22,368 nucleotides of DNA from Polyangiales bacterium (GTDB taxonomy: Bacteria > Myxococcota_A > Polyangia > Polyangiales > Polyangiaceae), in contig JBBRNJ010000115.1 in the NCBI GenBank assembly GCA_038230375.1, positions 1 through 22,368 on the forward strand, given 5' to 3'. Both the position numbers and the translations under genes were made by a program. Position 1 is the first letter of the stretch; the number at the start of each line of letters is the position of its first letter. The notes beneath the pieces were generated by a model that worked only from the letters and a program-made list of their open reading frames with translations, was not told the origin of the DNA and did no database searches. Below, piece by piece: positions 7,493 through 16,224 of this stretch.

Positions 7493-9280
7493 CTAGGGGA
7501 CCACCAGGACTCGCGCTGTCGGGGTGACTTCGAAGAGCTCCTCTACCTTGTCTGCGCGGAGCGTGAGCACTGCTCTCTGATTGATGTAGCCCTTGTCCGT
7601 GAGCTCTCCGCGATCGATGCTCGGTGGCTCCCCAAGGACCAGGGCTCTCGCCACGCGCGTGCTGTTGCTCCCGTTCGCCGCGTTGTGAGCTGTCAGCGCC
7701 GCCAGCAGCTGCGCGCGGCACCCGTTCTCGTTCGTGCCTGGCGTGAGAAAGAAGAGCACTCCGATCGCATCGCGATCGTGTCCCGCAACGACCAGGTCCG
7801 AGACGTGGGGCGCGCACGCCGTCGTGAGCGTCACGCGCAGCGCACCCACGGACACCCACGTGCCGCTCGTGAGCTTGAAGTTCTCCGCCGTGCGCCCGTC
7901 GAACACGACACCGCGCGCGGGCTCGTCGTCATCCGCCAGTCTGCCCGCATCTCCGGTGCGCAGGAATCCGTGCTCGTCTTTGGGTGCTGGCGTGATCTCT
8001 CCACCGGCGTTCCACGCGCCTGGCGTGATGTTCGGACCGCGCACGCGGAGCTCCAGCTTTTCCGCGTCCGGCACCAGGCGCAGCTCGCATCCCGGCACTG
8101 GCACGCCGATGTTCCCCGCGCGCTCGATGGCGAAGTGCACACTGGTCACGAGCGGTGCGGTCTCGGTCGACCCCCATGCCGATACGAACGGCACACCGCC
8201 ATCGCGATGCTTCCGCGCGACCGTCTCCAGCCGCTCCCACAGGCTCTGCGGAAGCGCAGCGGCCGCATAGAAGAGGAGATCGAGCCTGGAGAAGAGGCGC
8301 GCGGCGAGACGATCGTCGTTCTCCAGGAACGGCAGGAGCACCTCGAAGCCGCGCGGCACGTTGAAGTACAGCGACGGCGACACGGACGAGAGCAGCTGCA
8401 CCGTCTCCTCGATACGGCCCGGCGCAGGCCTTCCGCTGTCGATGTGGAGCACGCCGCCGTGCTTCAGCACCATGTTGAAGTTGTGGTTGCCGCCGAACGT
8501 GTGACTCCACGGCAGCCAGTCCACCACCACTGGCGGCTTGTCCGAAAGGAACGGCCACACCATGGCGATGGCCTCCTGGTTGGAGACGAGCATGCGCTGC
8601 GTGTTGACGATGCCCTTCGGCGTTCCGGTGGAGCCTGACGTGAACAAGATCTTCGCGACGGTGGTGGGTGAGACGCGGTACTCGCCCTCGTCGTTGTGTG
8701 GGCGCTTTCCGTGCGCGAGGAGCTCGTGAAATGGAACCGCGTTGCCACCTGGGCGCGTGGTCGACGCAACGACGGCTACTGACGCTGCAGCAGCGCCGCG
8801 CTCCAGCGCCTTGAGCGCGGGTGCAAAGAGGTCCTCGTCCGACACGAAGATCACGGCGGGAGCCACCACGGCGGCGACGTCGCGGAGCTTCTGGTGATCG
8901 CGCGACGAGAGCGAGTAAGCAGGCGACACCGGCGCGGCGGGTGCGCCCACGTGCATCGCAGCGAGCGTGACGAGCGCGTGATCGATCGCATTGTCGGACA
9001 GCAACATCACGGGCCGCGTGCGCGACGCGCCGAGCCCGACAAGCCCGCGGCCCAGTGCATGCACGGCAGACGCAGCTTCTGCGTACGTCACCACGCGCCG
9101 CCCGACGGTCGCGCGCTCGGTCAGGAATGGCGCGTCGGGTGTGCGGTGCGCCCAGCTCTCCAGCCAGTCGCCGACCATGTGGCCGGATGGCTCGAACGGC
9201 GTGCGCGAGGCAAGGTGAATCACACCATCCGCGTCGCGCGTGCACGCGATGTCCGGAGCGGCGAAGCGCGGCATCTTCAT
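7493..9280 (-). CDS. fcs: Feruloyl-CoA synthase-like acyl-CoA ligase (AMP-binding/ANL superfamily)
   Basis: P-loop FTSGSTGTPKG; Fcs-type DWLPWSHTFGGNHNF, WGSTET, GRTAENFKLTSGTWV, ELTDKGYINQRAVL. Confidence 0.88.
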   Translation of the reverse strand: MKMPRFAAPDIACTRDADGVIHLASRTPFEPSGHMVGDWLESWAHRTPDAPFLTERATVGRRVVTYAEAASAVHALGRGLVGLGASRTRPVMLLSDNAIDHALVTLAAMHVGAPAAPVSPAYSLSSRDHQKLRDVAAVVAPAVIFVSDEDLFAPALKALERGAAAASVAVVASTTRPGGNAVPFHELLAHGKRPHNDEGEYRVSPTTVAKILFTSGSTGTPKGIVNTQRMLVSNQEAIAMVWPFLSDKPPVVVDWLPWSHTFGGNHNFNMVLKHGGVLHIDSGRPAPGRIEETVQLLSSVSPSLYFNVPRGFEVLLPFLENDDRLAARLFSRLDLLFYAAAALPQSLWERLETVARKHRDGGVPFVSAWGSTETAPLVTSVHFAIERAGNIGVPVPGCELRLVPDAEKLELRVRGPNITPGAWNAGGEITPAPKDEHGFLRTGDAGRLADDDEPARGVVFDGRTAENFKLTSGTWVSVGALRVTLTTACAPHVSDLVVAGHDRDAIGVLFFLTPGTNENGCRAQLLAALTAHNAANGSNSTRVARALVLGEPPSIDRGELTDKGYINQRAVLTLRADKVEELFEVTPTARVLVVP

Positions 9281-9294
9281 CCCTTCGGTCGCCG

Positions 9295-9330
9295 ATGATA
9301 CTTAACTCTGGGCCAGCGTCCACGTAGTCT
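9295..9330. promoter_or_regulatory. Overlapping divergent sigma-70-type promoters for pntAB (+) and fcs (-)
   Basis: Plus: TTAACT(9302-9307)-17nt-TAGTCT(9325-9330)-6nt-GTG. Minus: TGGACG(9322-9317)-16nt-TATCAT(9300-9295), then GAAGGG SD and ATG 9280. Confidence 0.45.
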
Positions 9331-9336
9331 GGGCGC

Positions 9337-10941
9337 GTGCCAGAAACTGTTCGACTCGGGATCCCCAAGGAAAGCGCCGCCGGCGAGCGGCGAGTTGCAG
9401 CGACCCCGGACTCGGTGACCAAGCTCGTCGCGGCCGGTTTCAGCGTGACGGTGGAGCGCGGAGCGGGAGAGGCCTCGAGCCTCGGCGACGCCGCTTACGA
9501 GGCCGCAGGCGCCACGCTCGGCACGGCAGAGGTGGTGTGGAGCGCGTCCGACATCGTTGCGAAGGTGCGCCCGCCGTCGCATGCGGAAGTCGCGAAGCTG
9601 AGCGAAGGCACGCTGCTCGTCTCGTTGCTACAACCAGAGCGCGACCCTGAGCTTGCGGAGCTGCTCGCGAAGCGCAAGGCATCGTCCATCGCGCTGGAGC
9701 GCACCCCGCGGATCTCGCGCGCGCAGAAGATGGACGTGCTGTCGTCCATGGCGAACCTCTCCGGGTATCGCGCCGTGATCGAGGCGGCACAACATTTCCA
9801 GCGCACCTTCAGCGCGCAGGTCACGGCGGCGGGCACCATTCCCCCCGCGCGCGTGCTGGTGATCGGCGCTGGTGTGGCCGGGCTGGCGGCAGTGGCAGCG
9901 GCGCGCGCGCTCGGCGCGGAGGTGCGCGCGTTCGACACGCGTCCAGCCACGAAGGAGCAGATCGAGAGCCTTGGCGCGACGCACCTCACGGTCACCGTGC
10001 AAGAAGACGCGGACGGCGGTGGTGGCTACGCGAAGGAGATGAGTGACGCGTTCGTGGCCGCGGAGATCGCGCTCTTCAAGGCGCAGGCGGCGGAGGTGGA
10101 CGTGATCATCACCACGGCGCTCATCCCTGGAAAGCCGGCGCCAGTGCTCGTGCCGGAAGAGGTCGTGTCCGCAATGAAGGCGGGCTCGGTCATCGTCGAT
10201 CTGGCCGCAGAGCAGGGCGGAAACTGCTCGGCGTGCAAGCCGGGCGAGGTCGTCGTCCACAACGGCGTCACGGTGATCGGCTACACGGATCTGCCCAGCC
10301 GCATGGCCGCCAGCGCAAGCCGCCTGTTCGCAAACAACGTGGTGCACCTCCTCCTGGAGATGGGCGGCGGAACCAAGTTCAACATCGATCTGGAGAACGA
10401 CGTCGTTCGCCCCGCCATCGTGGTCCACAAGGGAGAGGTGCTCCCGCGGCCCGCGCCAAAGGCTCCCTCGCCGGCAACGGCCGCGCCGAAGGTCGACCTG
10501 CCGCCACCGCCATCGTCGAAGAGCTCGCTACGTCCGCCGCCCGCGGAGGACCTGAAGCCGGTACAGCAGAACATCCGCTCGCCAACGCGACGCGCGTGGG
10601 GCACCACCGTGGGCGGTCTGATCGTCATCCTGGTGCTCTTCGTTGCGGGCCGCTTCGCGCCACCCGACTTCCTGCAGCACTCGACGGTCTTCATCCTCGC
10701 GTGCTTCGTCGGTTGGCAGGTCATCTGGAGCGTTCAGCCCGCGCTTCACACTCCGCTGATGAGCGTGACCAACGCCGTCAGCGGCATCATCATCATCGGC
10801 GGAATGCTGCAGATCGGCGCGGGCCTCGACGTCGCGTCGGTGCTGGGCGCAGCGGCCGCGCTGTTCGCAGCGATCAACATTGCAGGCGGCTTCCTGGTCA
10901 CCGAACGCATGCTGCGCATGTTCCAGCGAGGACGCGAGTGA
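9337..10941 (+). CDS. pntA: NAD(P) transhydrogenase subunit alpha (domain I fused to membrane part)
   Basis: [77 protein letters not shown] start. Confidence 0.97.
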   Translation: MPETVRLGIPKESAAGERRVAATPDSVTKLVAAGFSVTVERGAGEASSLGDAAYEAAGATLGTAEVVWSASDIVAKVRPPSHAEVAKLSEGTLLVSLLQPERDPELAELLAKRKASSIALERTPRISRAQKMDVLSSMANLSGYRAVIEAAQHFQRTFSAQVTAAGTIPPARVLVIGAGVAGLAAVAAARALGAEVRAFDTRPATKEQIESLGATHLTVTVQEDADGGGGYAKEMSDAFVAAEIALFKAQAAEVDVIITTALIPGKPAPVLVPEEVVSAMKAGSVIVDLAAEQGGNCSACKPGEVVVHNGVTVIGYTDLPSRMAASASRLFANNVVHLLLEMGGGTKFNIDLENDVVRPAIVVHKGEVLPRPAPKAPSPATAAPKVDLPPPPSSKSSLRPPPAEDLKPVQQNIRSPTRRAWGTTVGGLIVILVLFVAGRFAPPDFLQHSTVFILACFVGWQVIWSVQPALHTPLMSVTNAVSGIIIIGGMLQIGAGLDVASVLGAAAALFAAINIAGGFLVTERMLRMFQRGRE

Positions 10942-12380
10942 ACCAGGGCGGCATCACCACGGTCGCCTACCTCGTGGCGGGCGTCCTCTTCATCCGCAGC
11001 CTCGGCGGCCTCTCCAAGCAAGAGACCGCGCGGCGCGGTAACGGGCTCGGCGCCGTGGGTATGGCGGTCGCCGTGGCCATCACCGCTGTGGCGTGGGCCA
11101 GTCGCGGAACCGAGGGTTGGTCCATGGCCATCCTCCTGATCGCCGCGCTCACCATCGGCGGCTTCATCGGCGGGTGGCTCGCACGCCGCGTCGAGATGAC
11201 TGGGATGCCGGAGCTGGTCGCGATCCTCCACAGCTTCGTCGGGCTCGCGGCCGTGCTCGTCGGGTTCGCGTCGTACATGGCTCCAGGCGCGGCCGCGTTC
11301 GACCAGCCTGGCGCGGAGCGCACGGTTCATCTCGTGGAGGTCGGCGTTGGCATCGCCGTCGGCGGACTCACGTTCACTGGCTCCATCGTCGCGTGGGCGA
11401 AGCTTCGCGGAACCATCTCCGGCAAGCCGCTGCTCCTCTCCGCGCGCCACGGCCTCAACGCCAGCGCGGCCATCGCGATCGTCGCCCTCTGCGTGCCGCT
11501 GGTCCTCGCGCACGGCACGTCGGGTCTGCCTTACCTCGTCACCATTGCGATCCTCGCAGGCCTGCTTGGTATCCACCTTGTCATGGCCATCGGCGGCGCT
11601 GACATGCCGGTCGTCGTGTCGCTCCTCAACAGCTACTCGGGTTGGGCGGCCGCCGCAGCAGGCTTCGTGCTCGCGAACGATCTCTTGATCGTGACTGGCG
11701 CGCTCGTCGGCTCCAGCGGCGCGATCCTCTCCATCATCATGTGTCGCGCGATGAACCGCTCCATCCTCAACGTCATCTTCGGCGGATTCGGCACCGCCGA
11801 CCACACGACCACCGGCGCCTTTGCTGCCGTGCCCGTCGGCGACGTGCAGGAGCTGAAGCTCGACGGTGTGGCCGCGCTGCTCCACGACGCAAAACGCGTG
11901 ATCGTCGTCCCGGGCTACGGCATGGCCGTGGCTCGCGCGCAGAGCTCCGTGTTCGAGCTCACGCGCGCCCTCCGCAAGCGCGGGTGCGAGGTGCTCTTTG
12001 CCATTCACCCCGTCGCAGGACGCCTACCGGGTCACATGAACGTGCTCCTTGCGGAGGCCGGCGTCCCCTACAACCTCGTGCTCGAGATGGACGAGATCAA
12101 CCGCGACTTCCCCAGGACGGATGTGGTCCTCGTCATCGGCGCGAACGACATCGTCAATCCCGGCGCGCTCGAGGATCCCAAGAGCGCGATCTACGGCATG
12201 CCCGTGCTCGAGGTCTGGAAGGCGAAGACCGTCATCGTGCTCAAGCGCGGCATGGCCGCGGGCTACGCCGGCGTGGAGAACCCGCTATTTTACCTCACGA
12301 ACACGCGCATGCTCTTCGGCGACGCCAAGAAGAGCATCGACGGTCTGGTCGACGCCGTGAAGAGCAGCGACAGCTCATAG
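10938..12380 (+). CDS. pntB: NAD(P) transhydrogenase subunit beta
   Basis: Start GTG 10938 overlapping the pntA TGA (GTGA); [68 protein letters not shown]. Confidence 0.97.
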   Translation: MNQGGITTVAYLVAGVLFIRSLGGLSKQETARRGNGLGAVGMAVAVAITAVAWASRGTEGWSMAILLIAALTIGGFIGGWLARRVEMTGMPELVAILHSFVGLAAVLVGFASYMAPGAAAFDQPGAERTVHLVEVGVGIAVGGLTFTGSIVAWAKLRGTISGKPLLLSARHGLNASAAIAIVALCVPLVLAHGTSGLPYLVTIAILAGLLGIHLVMAIGGADMPVVVSLLNSYSGWAAAAAGFVLANDLLIVTGALVGSSGAILSIIMCRAMNRSILNVIFGGFGTADHTTTGAFAAVPVGDVQELKLDGVAALLHDAKRVIVVPGYGMAVARAQSSVFELTRALRKRGCEVLFAIHPVAGRLPGHMNVLLAEAGVPYNLVLEMDEINRDFPRTDVVLVIGANDIVNPGALEDPKSAIYGMPVLEVWKAKTVIVLKRGMAAGYAGVENPLFYLTNTRMLFGDAKKSIDGLVDAVKSSDSS

Positions 12381-12386
12381 CAGCTG

Positions 12387-12418
12387 ACCAGTACCGACGG
12401 GCCGTCGGCTTCACTGGT
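12387..12418 (+). terminator. Stem-loop downstream of pntB (possible terminator or 3' stabiliser)
   Basis: ACCAGT-A-CCGACG-GGC-CGTCGG-CTTC-ACTGGT; no U-tract. Confidence 0.35.
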
Positions 12419-12423
12419 ACAAT
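12415..12423 (+). promoter_or_regulatory. Extended -10 promoter TGgTACAAT, 6 nt before ATG 12430 (leaderless-type)
   Basis: TG-G-TACAAT-cgggag-ATG; 5/6 match to TATAAT plus TGn extension. Confidence 0.55.
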
Positions 12424-12429
12424 CGGGAG

Positions 12430-13494
12430 ATGCGTGCCGCGCAGCTCCCACTCCTGGCATTCTCCGCAGTGTGCGCGCTCGCGGGCGTGAACGGCTGTCG
12501 CGACCTGCTCGGCATCGGCGACAGCGGAGGGGACGAAAGCACCCACGACGACGGTGGCATCGATGCCAACGCACAGGGCTCCGCCGATGGCGCAGTCACA
12601 TCACAGCTGGACGGCGCAGCCACACCGGACGGCGCCACCACCGATGCGGGGGTGGACGCAGGCGGAGAAGCGGGAAGCGTGAGGATCGACGCCCGCTACG
12701 CAGCCTGGAAGCCGGCGCCTGACTCGCCCACGCAGCTCTCGACCACGAACGGCGGCACCGTGGTCGTGGACGCGGTGACGGGCCTCTGGTGGGAGCAGAC
12801 GAACGCGCTCGGCGTCAGCACGCTTGGCGCCGCGACCACGTATTGCGCAAGCATCAACACCGGGGGCCAGCACGACTGGCGTGTGCCCACGCGCGTGGAG
12901 CTCGTCTCCATTGTGGACTTCAACGCACCGCTCGAGCTGCCCGCGATCTTCGGCTCACCCATGAGCGAGCAGTGGACCCAGTCACAGCTCATCGGCGACG
13001 GCACGCAGGTCTACTTCCTCGACTTCGTCAGCAACGCGACGTTCTCGCTCGTCGGCAACACATCGCCGGCGAGTAGCGCGGGCTACGTTCGCTGCGTTCG
13101 CAACGGCCGACCGCTGCCCGCAAGCCCCACGTCCCCGCTCCCGGCAGGCCTCTGGGTCCAGCAGGGGACTTATGTGCACAATACACTGACTGGTCAGAGC
13201 TGGGAGAAGACACCGTCCACCATGCCAGGGGACTACGCGGGTGCTCTCCAGCACTGCGCCTCGCTCGCTGGCGCCGTATTTCGCGTACCCACGATGCGGG
13301 AGCTGGACACGTTGACGGACGAGAGCCGGACCGCAAACCCGGCGTGGCCCGCGGTGTTCGACGGCACCGTGTCCGAGTACTGGAGCCAGACCACGGTGGA
13401 CTCATCGACCAAGTTCACATGGAAGAGCAACGGCCTCTACGGCGTCTCTGCGACGAACAAGACCGACGTCTACGTTCGGTGCGTTTCGCCCTGA
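12430..13494 (+). CDS. Lipoprotein with two DUF1566 (Lcl C-terminal-like) domains
   Basis: Lipobox VNGC; D/G/A-rich linker; repeat 1 VVDAVTGLWWEQ..YCAS..DWRVPTRVELVSI..YVRCVR; repeat 2 NTLTGQSWEK..HCAS..FRVPTMRELDTL..YVRCVS. Confidence 0.88.
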   Translation: MRAAQLPLLAFSAVCALAGVNGCRDLLGIGDSGGDESTHDDGGIDANAQGSADGAVTSQLDGAATPDGATTDAGVDAGGEAGSVRIDARYAAWKPAPDSPTQLSTTNGGTVVVDAVTGLWWEQTNALGVSTLGAATTYCASINTGGQHDWRVPTRVELVSIVDFNAPLELPAIFGSPMSEQWTQSQLIGDGTQVYFLDFVSNATFSLVGNTSPASSAGYVRCVRNGRPLPASPTSPLPAGLWVQQGTYVHNTLTGQSWEKTPSTMPGDYAGALQHCASLAGAVFRVPTMRELDTLTDESRTANPAWPAVFDGTVSEYWSQTTVDSSTKFTWKSNGLYGVSATNKTDVYVRCVSP

Positions 13495-13503
13495 CGGCGG
13501 CGA

Positions 13504-14187
13504 TCAGTTCGGGCCAAACTTCTTCTCTGCCGGCTTCTCGACTGCGCTTGGCTTGTCGCCCTTGTCGCCCTTGTCGCCCTTGTCAGAGGACTTCTTGCCG
13601 AGCGTGACGAGGCGGTTGCCTTCGTCGTCGCGCGCGTGGTCGTGTCCGTGATCGTCGCCATCGCCGTGGTCGTGGTCGCAGTCGGGCCCGTGTATATGAC
13701 CTTCTGCCTCTTCGAGATCGGCGGCGGCCTGCGCGAGCTCCTCCTCCGTGGCCTCTCGCACCTCGCGCACACGCACTTGATAGTGGAGCGTGAGACCCGC
13801 GAGAGGATGGTTCGCATCCACGATGACGCCTTCTGGGGTGAGCTCCACCACACGCATCACCACCTCGTCGCCGTCGGGTGACTCGGCGACGAACTCGTCC
13901 CCCGGAGTGATCTTTTTCGGATCGGGGAAGTCCTGCTTGTCGACCTCGAGCACGAGCTCGTCGTCGCGGTCGCCGTAGCCCTCGGCTGGTGGAACGACGA
14001 TCTTCTTCTCGTCGCCGACAGCCAGACCTGAGAGCCCCGCCTCGAGCCCAGGCACGAGCATGCCGTAGCCATGGACGTAAGAGATCGGCTCGCCACCATC
14101 ACCGATGCTCTCGTCGAGCACCTCGCCCTTGTCGTTCTTGAGCGTGTAGTCGAGGAGGACGTACGCGTTCGGTTCGATCTTGGACAT
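13504..14187 (-). CDS. slyD: FKBP-type peptidyl-prolyl isomerase / metallochaperone SlyD
   Basis: True start ATG 14187 (MSKIEPNAYVLLDYTL); YVHGYGMLVPGLEAGL, VPPAEGYG, VDANHPLAGLTLHY, REATEEEL, His/Asp tail HIHGPDCDHDHGDGDDHGHDH; TGATG overlap with the upstream gene. Confidence 0.93.
   Translation of the reverse strand: MSKIEPNAYVLLDYTLKNDKGEVLDESIGDGGEPISYVHGYGMLVPGLEAGLSGLAVGDEKKIVVPPAEGYGDRDDELVLEVDKQDFPDPKKITPGDEFVAESPDGDEVVMRVVELTPEGVIVDANHPLAGLTLHYQVRVREVREATEEELAQAAADLEEAEGHIHGPDCDHDHGDGDDHGHDHARDDEGNRLVTLGKKSSDKGDKGDKGDKPSAVEKPAEKKFGPN
13552..13584. repeat. 9-bp tandem repeat (CTTGTCGCC)x3.7 encoding DKG repeats in the SlyD tail
   Basis: cttgtcgcc cttgtcgcc cttgtcgcc cttgtc read directly. 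Confidence 0.9.
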
Positions 14188-16181
14188 CAGAAGAGCTCCT
14201 CGGGAGAGACGATACGGCCAAGGACGGCGCTCGCCGCCACGACCAACGGGCTCGCAAGATACACTTTTCCTGGGCCGCTGCGCCCGGGGAAATTGCGGTT
14301 GATGGCGCTCACGGTCACCTGGTCTGGACTGTCCGAAACGCCAGGCCCCGCCTTGATGCACGCGCCGCACGACGGGTCCACGAGCTCCGCGCCCGCCTTC
14401 GCGAACACCTCCAGGTAACCCTTCTTCTCTGCGTAGCGCCGGATGTCCTGCGAGCCGAACTGGATGTAGAGGTGCACGCCCTCCTTCACCTTGAGGCCCT
14501 TGGCGAGCGCGGCCGAGAGCACGCGCGCGTACATGTCCATGTCGGTCTTCTTGCCGCCAGTGCACGAGCCGCCGTACGCGATGTCGATCTTCACGTCGTT
14601 GCCGCCGCTCGCCGCACGCAGGTCGGACAGCTTCACGCCGTTGCGCGGGTCGCCGGGCGTCGCCACCATGGGGTCGATCGCGGAGAGGTCGATCTCGAAC
14701 GTGGCGCAGTACGCGGCGCCCGGATCTGCCTTCACGATACGCGCGCGCACGTCGTCGGCCGAGAGGCCGCGCTGCGTGACCAGGTAGTCCACTATCACCT
14801 CGTCGGCCTCGATGATGCCAGTGAAGCCGCCCGCCTCGACCGCCATGTTCGTGAGCGTGGCGCGCTCGTCGAGCGACATGGTGGTGATGCCGGGGCCACC
14901 GAACTCCAGCACCTTGCCGATGCCCTGCCCGCTCTTGAAGAACTCCTGCGACAGGATGAAGAGCATCACGTCCTTCGCGCACACGCCGGACTTCATGACG
15001 CCGGAGAGATTGAAGCGCGCGGTCTCGGGAACGGTGACACGGACGTCCTTCGTGTACCAGGCGTTCGCCATGTCCGTGGAGCCCACGCCGAACGCGAAGC
15101 AGCCAAGCGCGCCCGCCATGCACGTGTGCGAGTCGGTGCCGCACACGAGATCGCCGGGGAGCGCGATCTCCTCGATGACCTTGTTGTGGCAGATGGCCTC
15201 GCTGCCGACGAGCTTGTCGTCGCGGCGCACCTCACCATAGAGCTTGATTTTGTGCTTCTTCGTGAAGGCCTCCTGCACGGTGGCAAGCTCCTCCGCCTGC
15301 TCCTTCAAGCCCATGTCGCGGTGCGCCTTCGGCATGACCAGGTCGAGGAAGGTGAGGTGATCGCGGAACGCCCACACGCTGTCGGGGTCGTTCACCTTCG
15401 CGTCCTTGCCCATCTCCGCGACGAAGAGGGAGTCCGCCATGGGCGTCACGTACTCGTGGCTGAAGCGGACGTCGGTGCGCGCGAAGAACGCATCGCCCGG
15501 CTTCACTGCCGTGGCGCCGAGCGTGCCCAGCTTGGCGTCCGCGACGACCTTCTTCGCGAGGATCTTCTCGCACAGTGTCATGGGCCGCGCGGGCGTCTCC
15601 ACTGTGGGCGGCGTGGTCTGGCCGGCCATGCGCGCGCGGTTGTATGCGAAGAGGCCGCCGCGCTCCACGATGCTCGCGCTGATGGCGTCGAGGCCCTTCG
15701 TGAACTCGCTCATCGGGATCGACTCGCCTGCCTCGATGCGGGGGATGAGCCCGAAGTCCGTGCTGGTGAGGAGGCCGATGTTCTGCGCGTTCTGCTTGTA
15801 GATCTTCTCGATGCTCTTCGCGATGACCAGCCGAACGCCGCTCTTCAGCTCGCTGTAGGGCGCGGTCTCGCGGCTACTGCCACAGCCCTTGGAGATGCCG
15901 CTGACGATGACCCCGAAGCCGCCGCCCTTGATCGCATCCTTCTGGACCTTGTTGCCGCGCAGCCCGACGAGGCAGAAGCGCGCGAGCGTCTCGTCGTAGT
16001 AGTAGCAAACCCACCCGGGCGTGAGCTCGTCGGTGGAGATGTTGCCCATGAGCGGACGTGATTCGTCCCAGCCGAGCTTCTCGCCAGCGAGCTGCTTCTC
16101 GAGCAGACCGAGGTCCTCCGTGATGTAGAGGATTTTACCTGTAATCTGCACGTTTTGACCTGAATTGCTCGGGGCGCCCAT
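14187..16181 (-). CDS. Aconitase-superfamily [4Fe-4S] hydratase, swivel (LeuD-like) domain fused N-terminal to a LeuC-like core
   Basis: Likely start ATG 16181 (MGAPSNSG, 664 aa); swivel motifs NISTDELTPG, GCGSSRETA; core motifs RDHL, GTDSHTC, GGSCTGGK, PSCGACIKAG (three cluster Cys), SAINRNFPGRSG. Confidence 0.9.
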   Translation of the reverse strand: MGAPSNSGQNVQITGKILYITEDLGLLEKQLAGEKLGWDESRPLMGNISTDELTPGWVCYYYDETLARFCLVGLRGNKVQKDAIKGGGFGVIVSGISKGCGSSRETAPYSELKSGVRLVIAKSIEKIYKQNAQNIGLLTSTDFGLIPRIEAGESIPMSEFTKGLDAISASIVERGGLFAYNRARMAGQTTPPTVETPARPMTLCEKILAKKVVADAKLGTLGATAVKPGDAFFARTDVRFSHEYVTPMADSLFVAEMGKDAKVNDPDSVWAFRDHLTFLDLVMPKAHRDMGLKEQAEELATVQEAFTKKHKIKLYGEVRRDDKLVGSEAICHNKVIEEIALPGDLVCGTDSHTCMAGALGCFAFGVGSTDMANAWYTKDVRVTVPETARFNLSGVMKSGVCAKDVMLFILSQEFFKSGQGIGKVLEFGGPGITTMSLDERATLTNMAVEAGGFTGIIEADEVIVDYLVTQRGLSADDVRARIVKADPGAAYCATFEIDLSAIDPMVATPGDPRNGVKLSDLRAASGGNDVKIDIAYGGSCTGGKKTDMDMYARVLSAALAKGLKVKEGVHLYIQFGSQDIRRYAEKKGYLEVFAKAGAELVDPSCGACIKAGPGVSDSPDQVTVSAINRNFPGRSGPGKVYLASPLVVAASAVLGRIVSPEELF

Positions 16182-16188
16182 GATGCCT

Positions 16189-16217
16189 GTGACTAGCACT
16201 AAGGCGCCCTGTATGCT
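16189..16217 (+). promoter_or_regulatory. Putative promoter GTGACT-17-TATGCT, 7 nt before ATG 16225 (leaderless-type)
   Basis: GTGACT 16189-16194, TATGCT 16212-16217, gcctggc, ATG. Confidence 0.45.
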
Positions 16218-16224
16218 GCCTGGC

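Noticed and set aside
10233..10937. 715-aa version of PntB
   Set aside because: The first 235 codons overlap pntA out of frame; PntB homology starts at GTG 10938.
14188..15144. 546-aa version of SlyD suggesting a fusion or frameshift
   Set aside because: The extension is an Arg/His-rich off-frame reading of the aconitase-family gene; a clean TGATG junction explains both genes.
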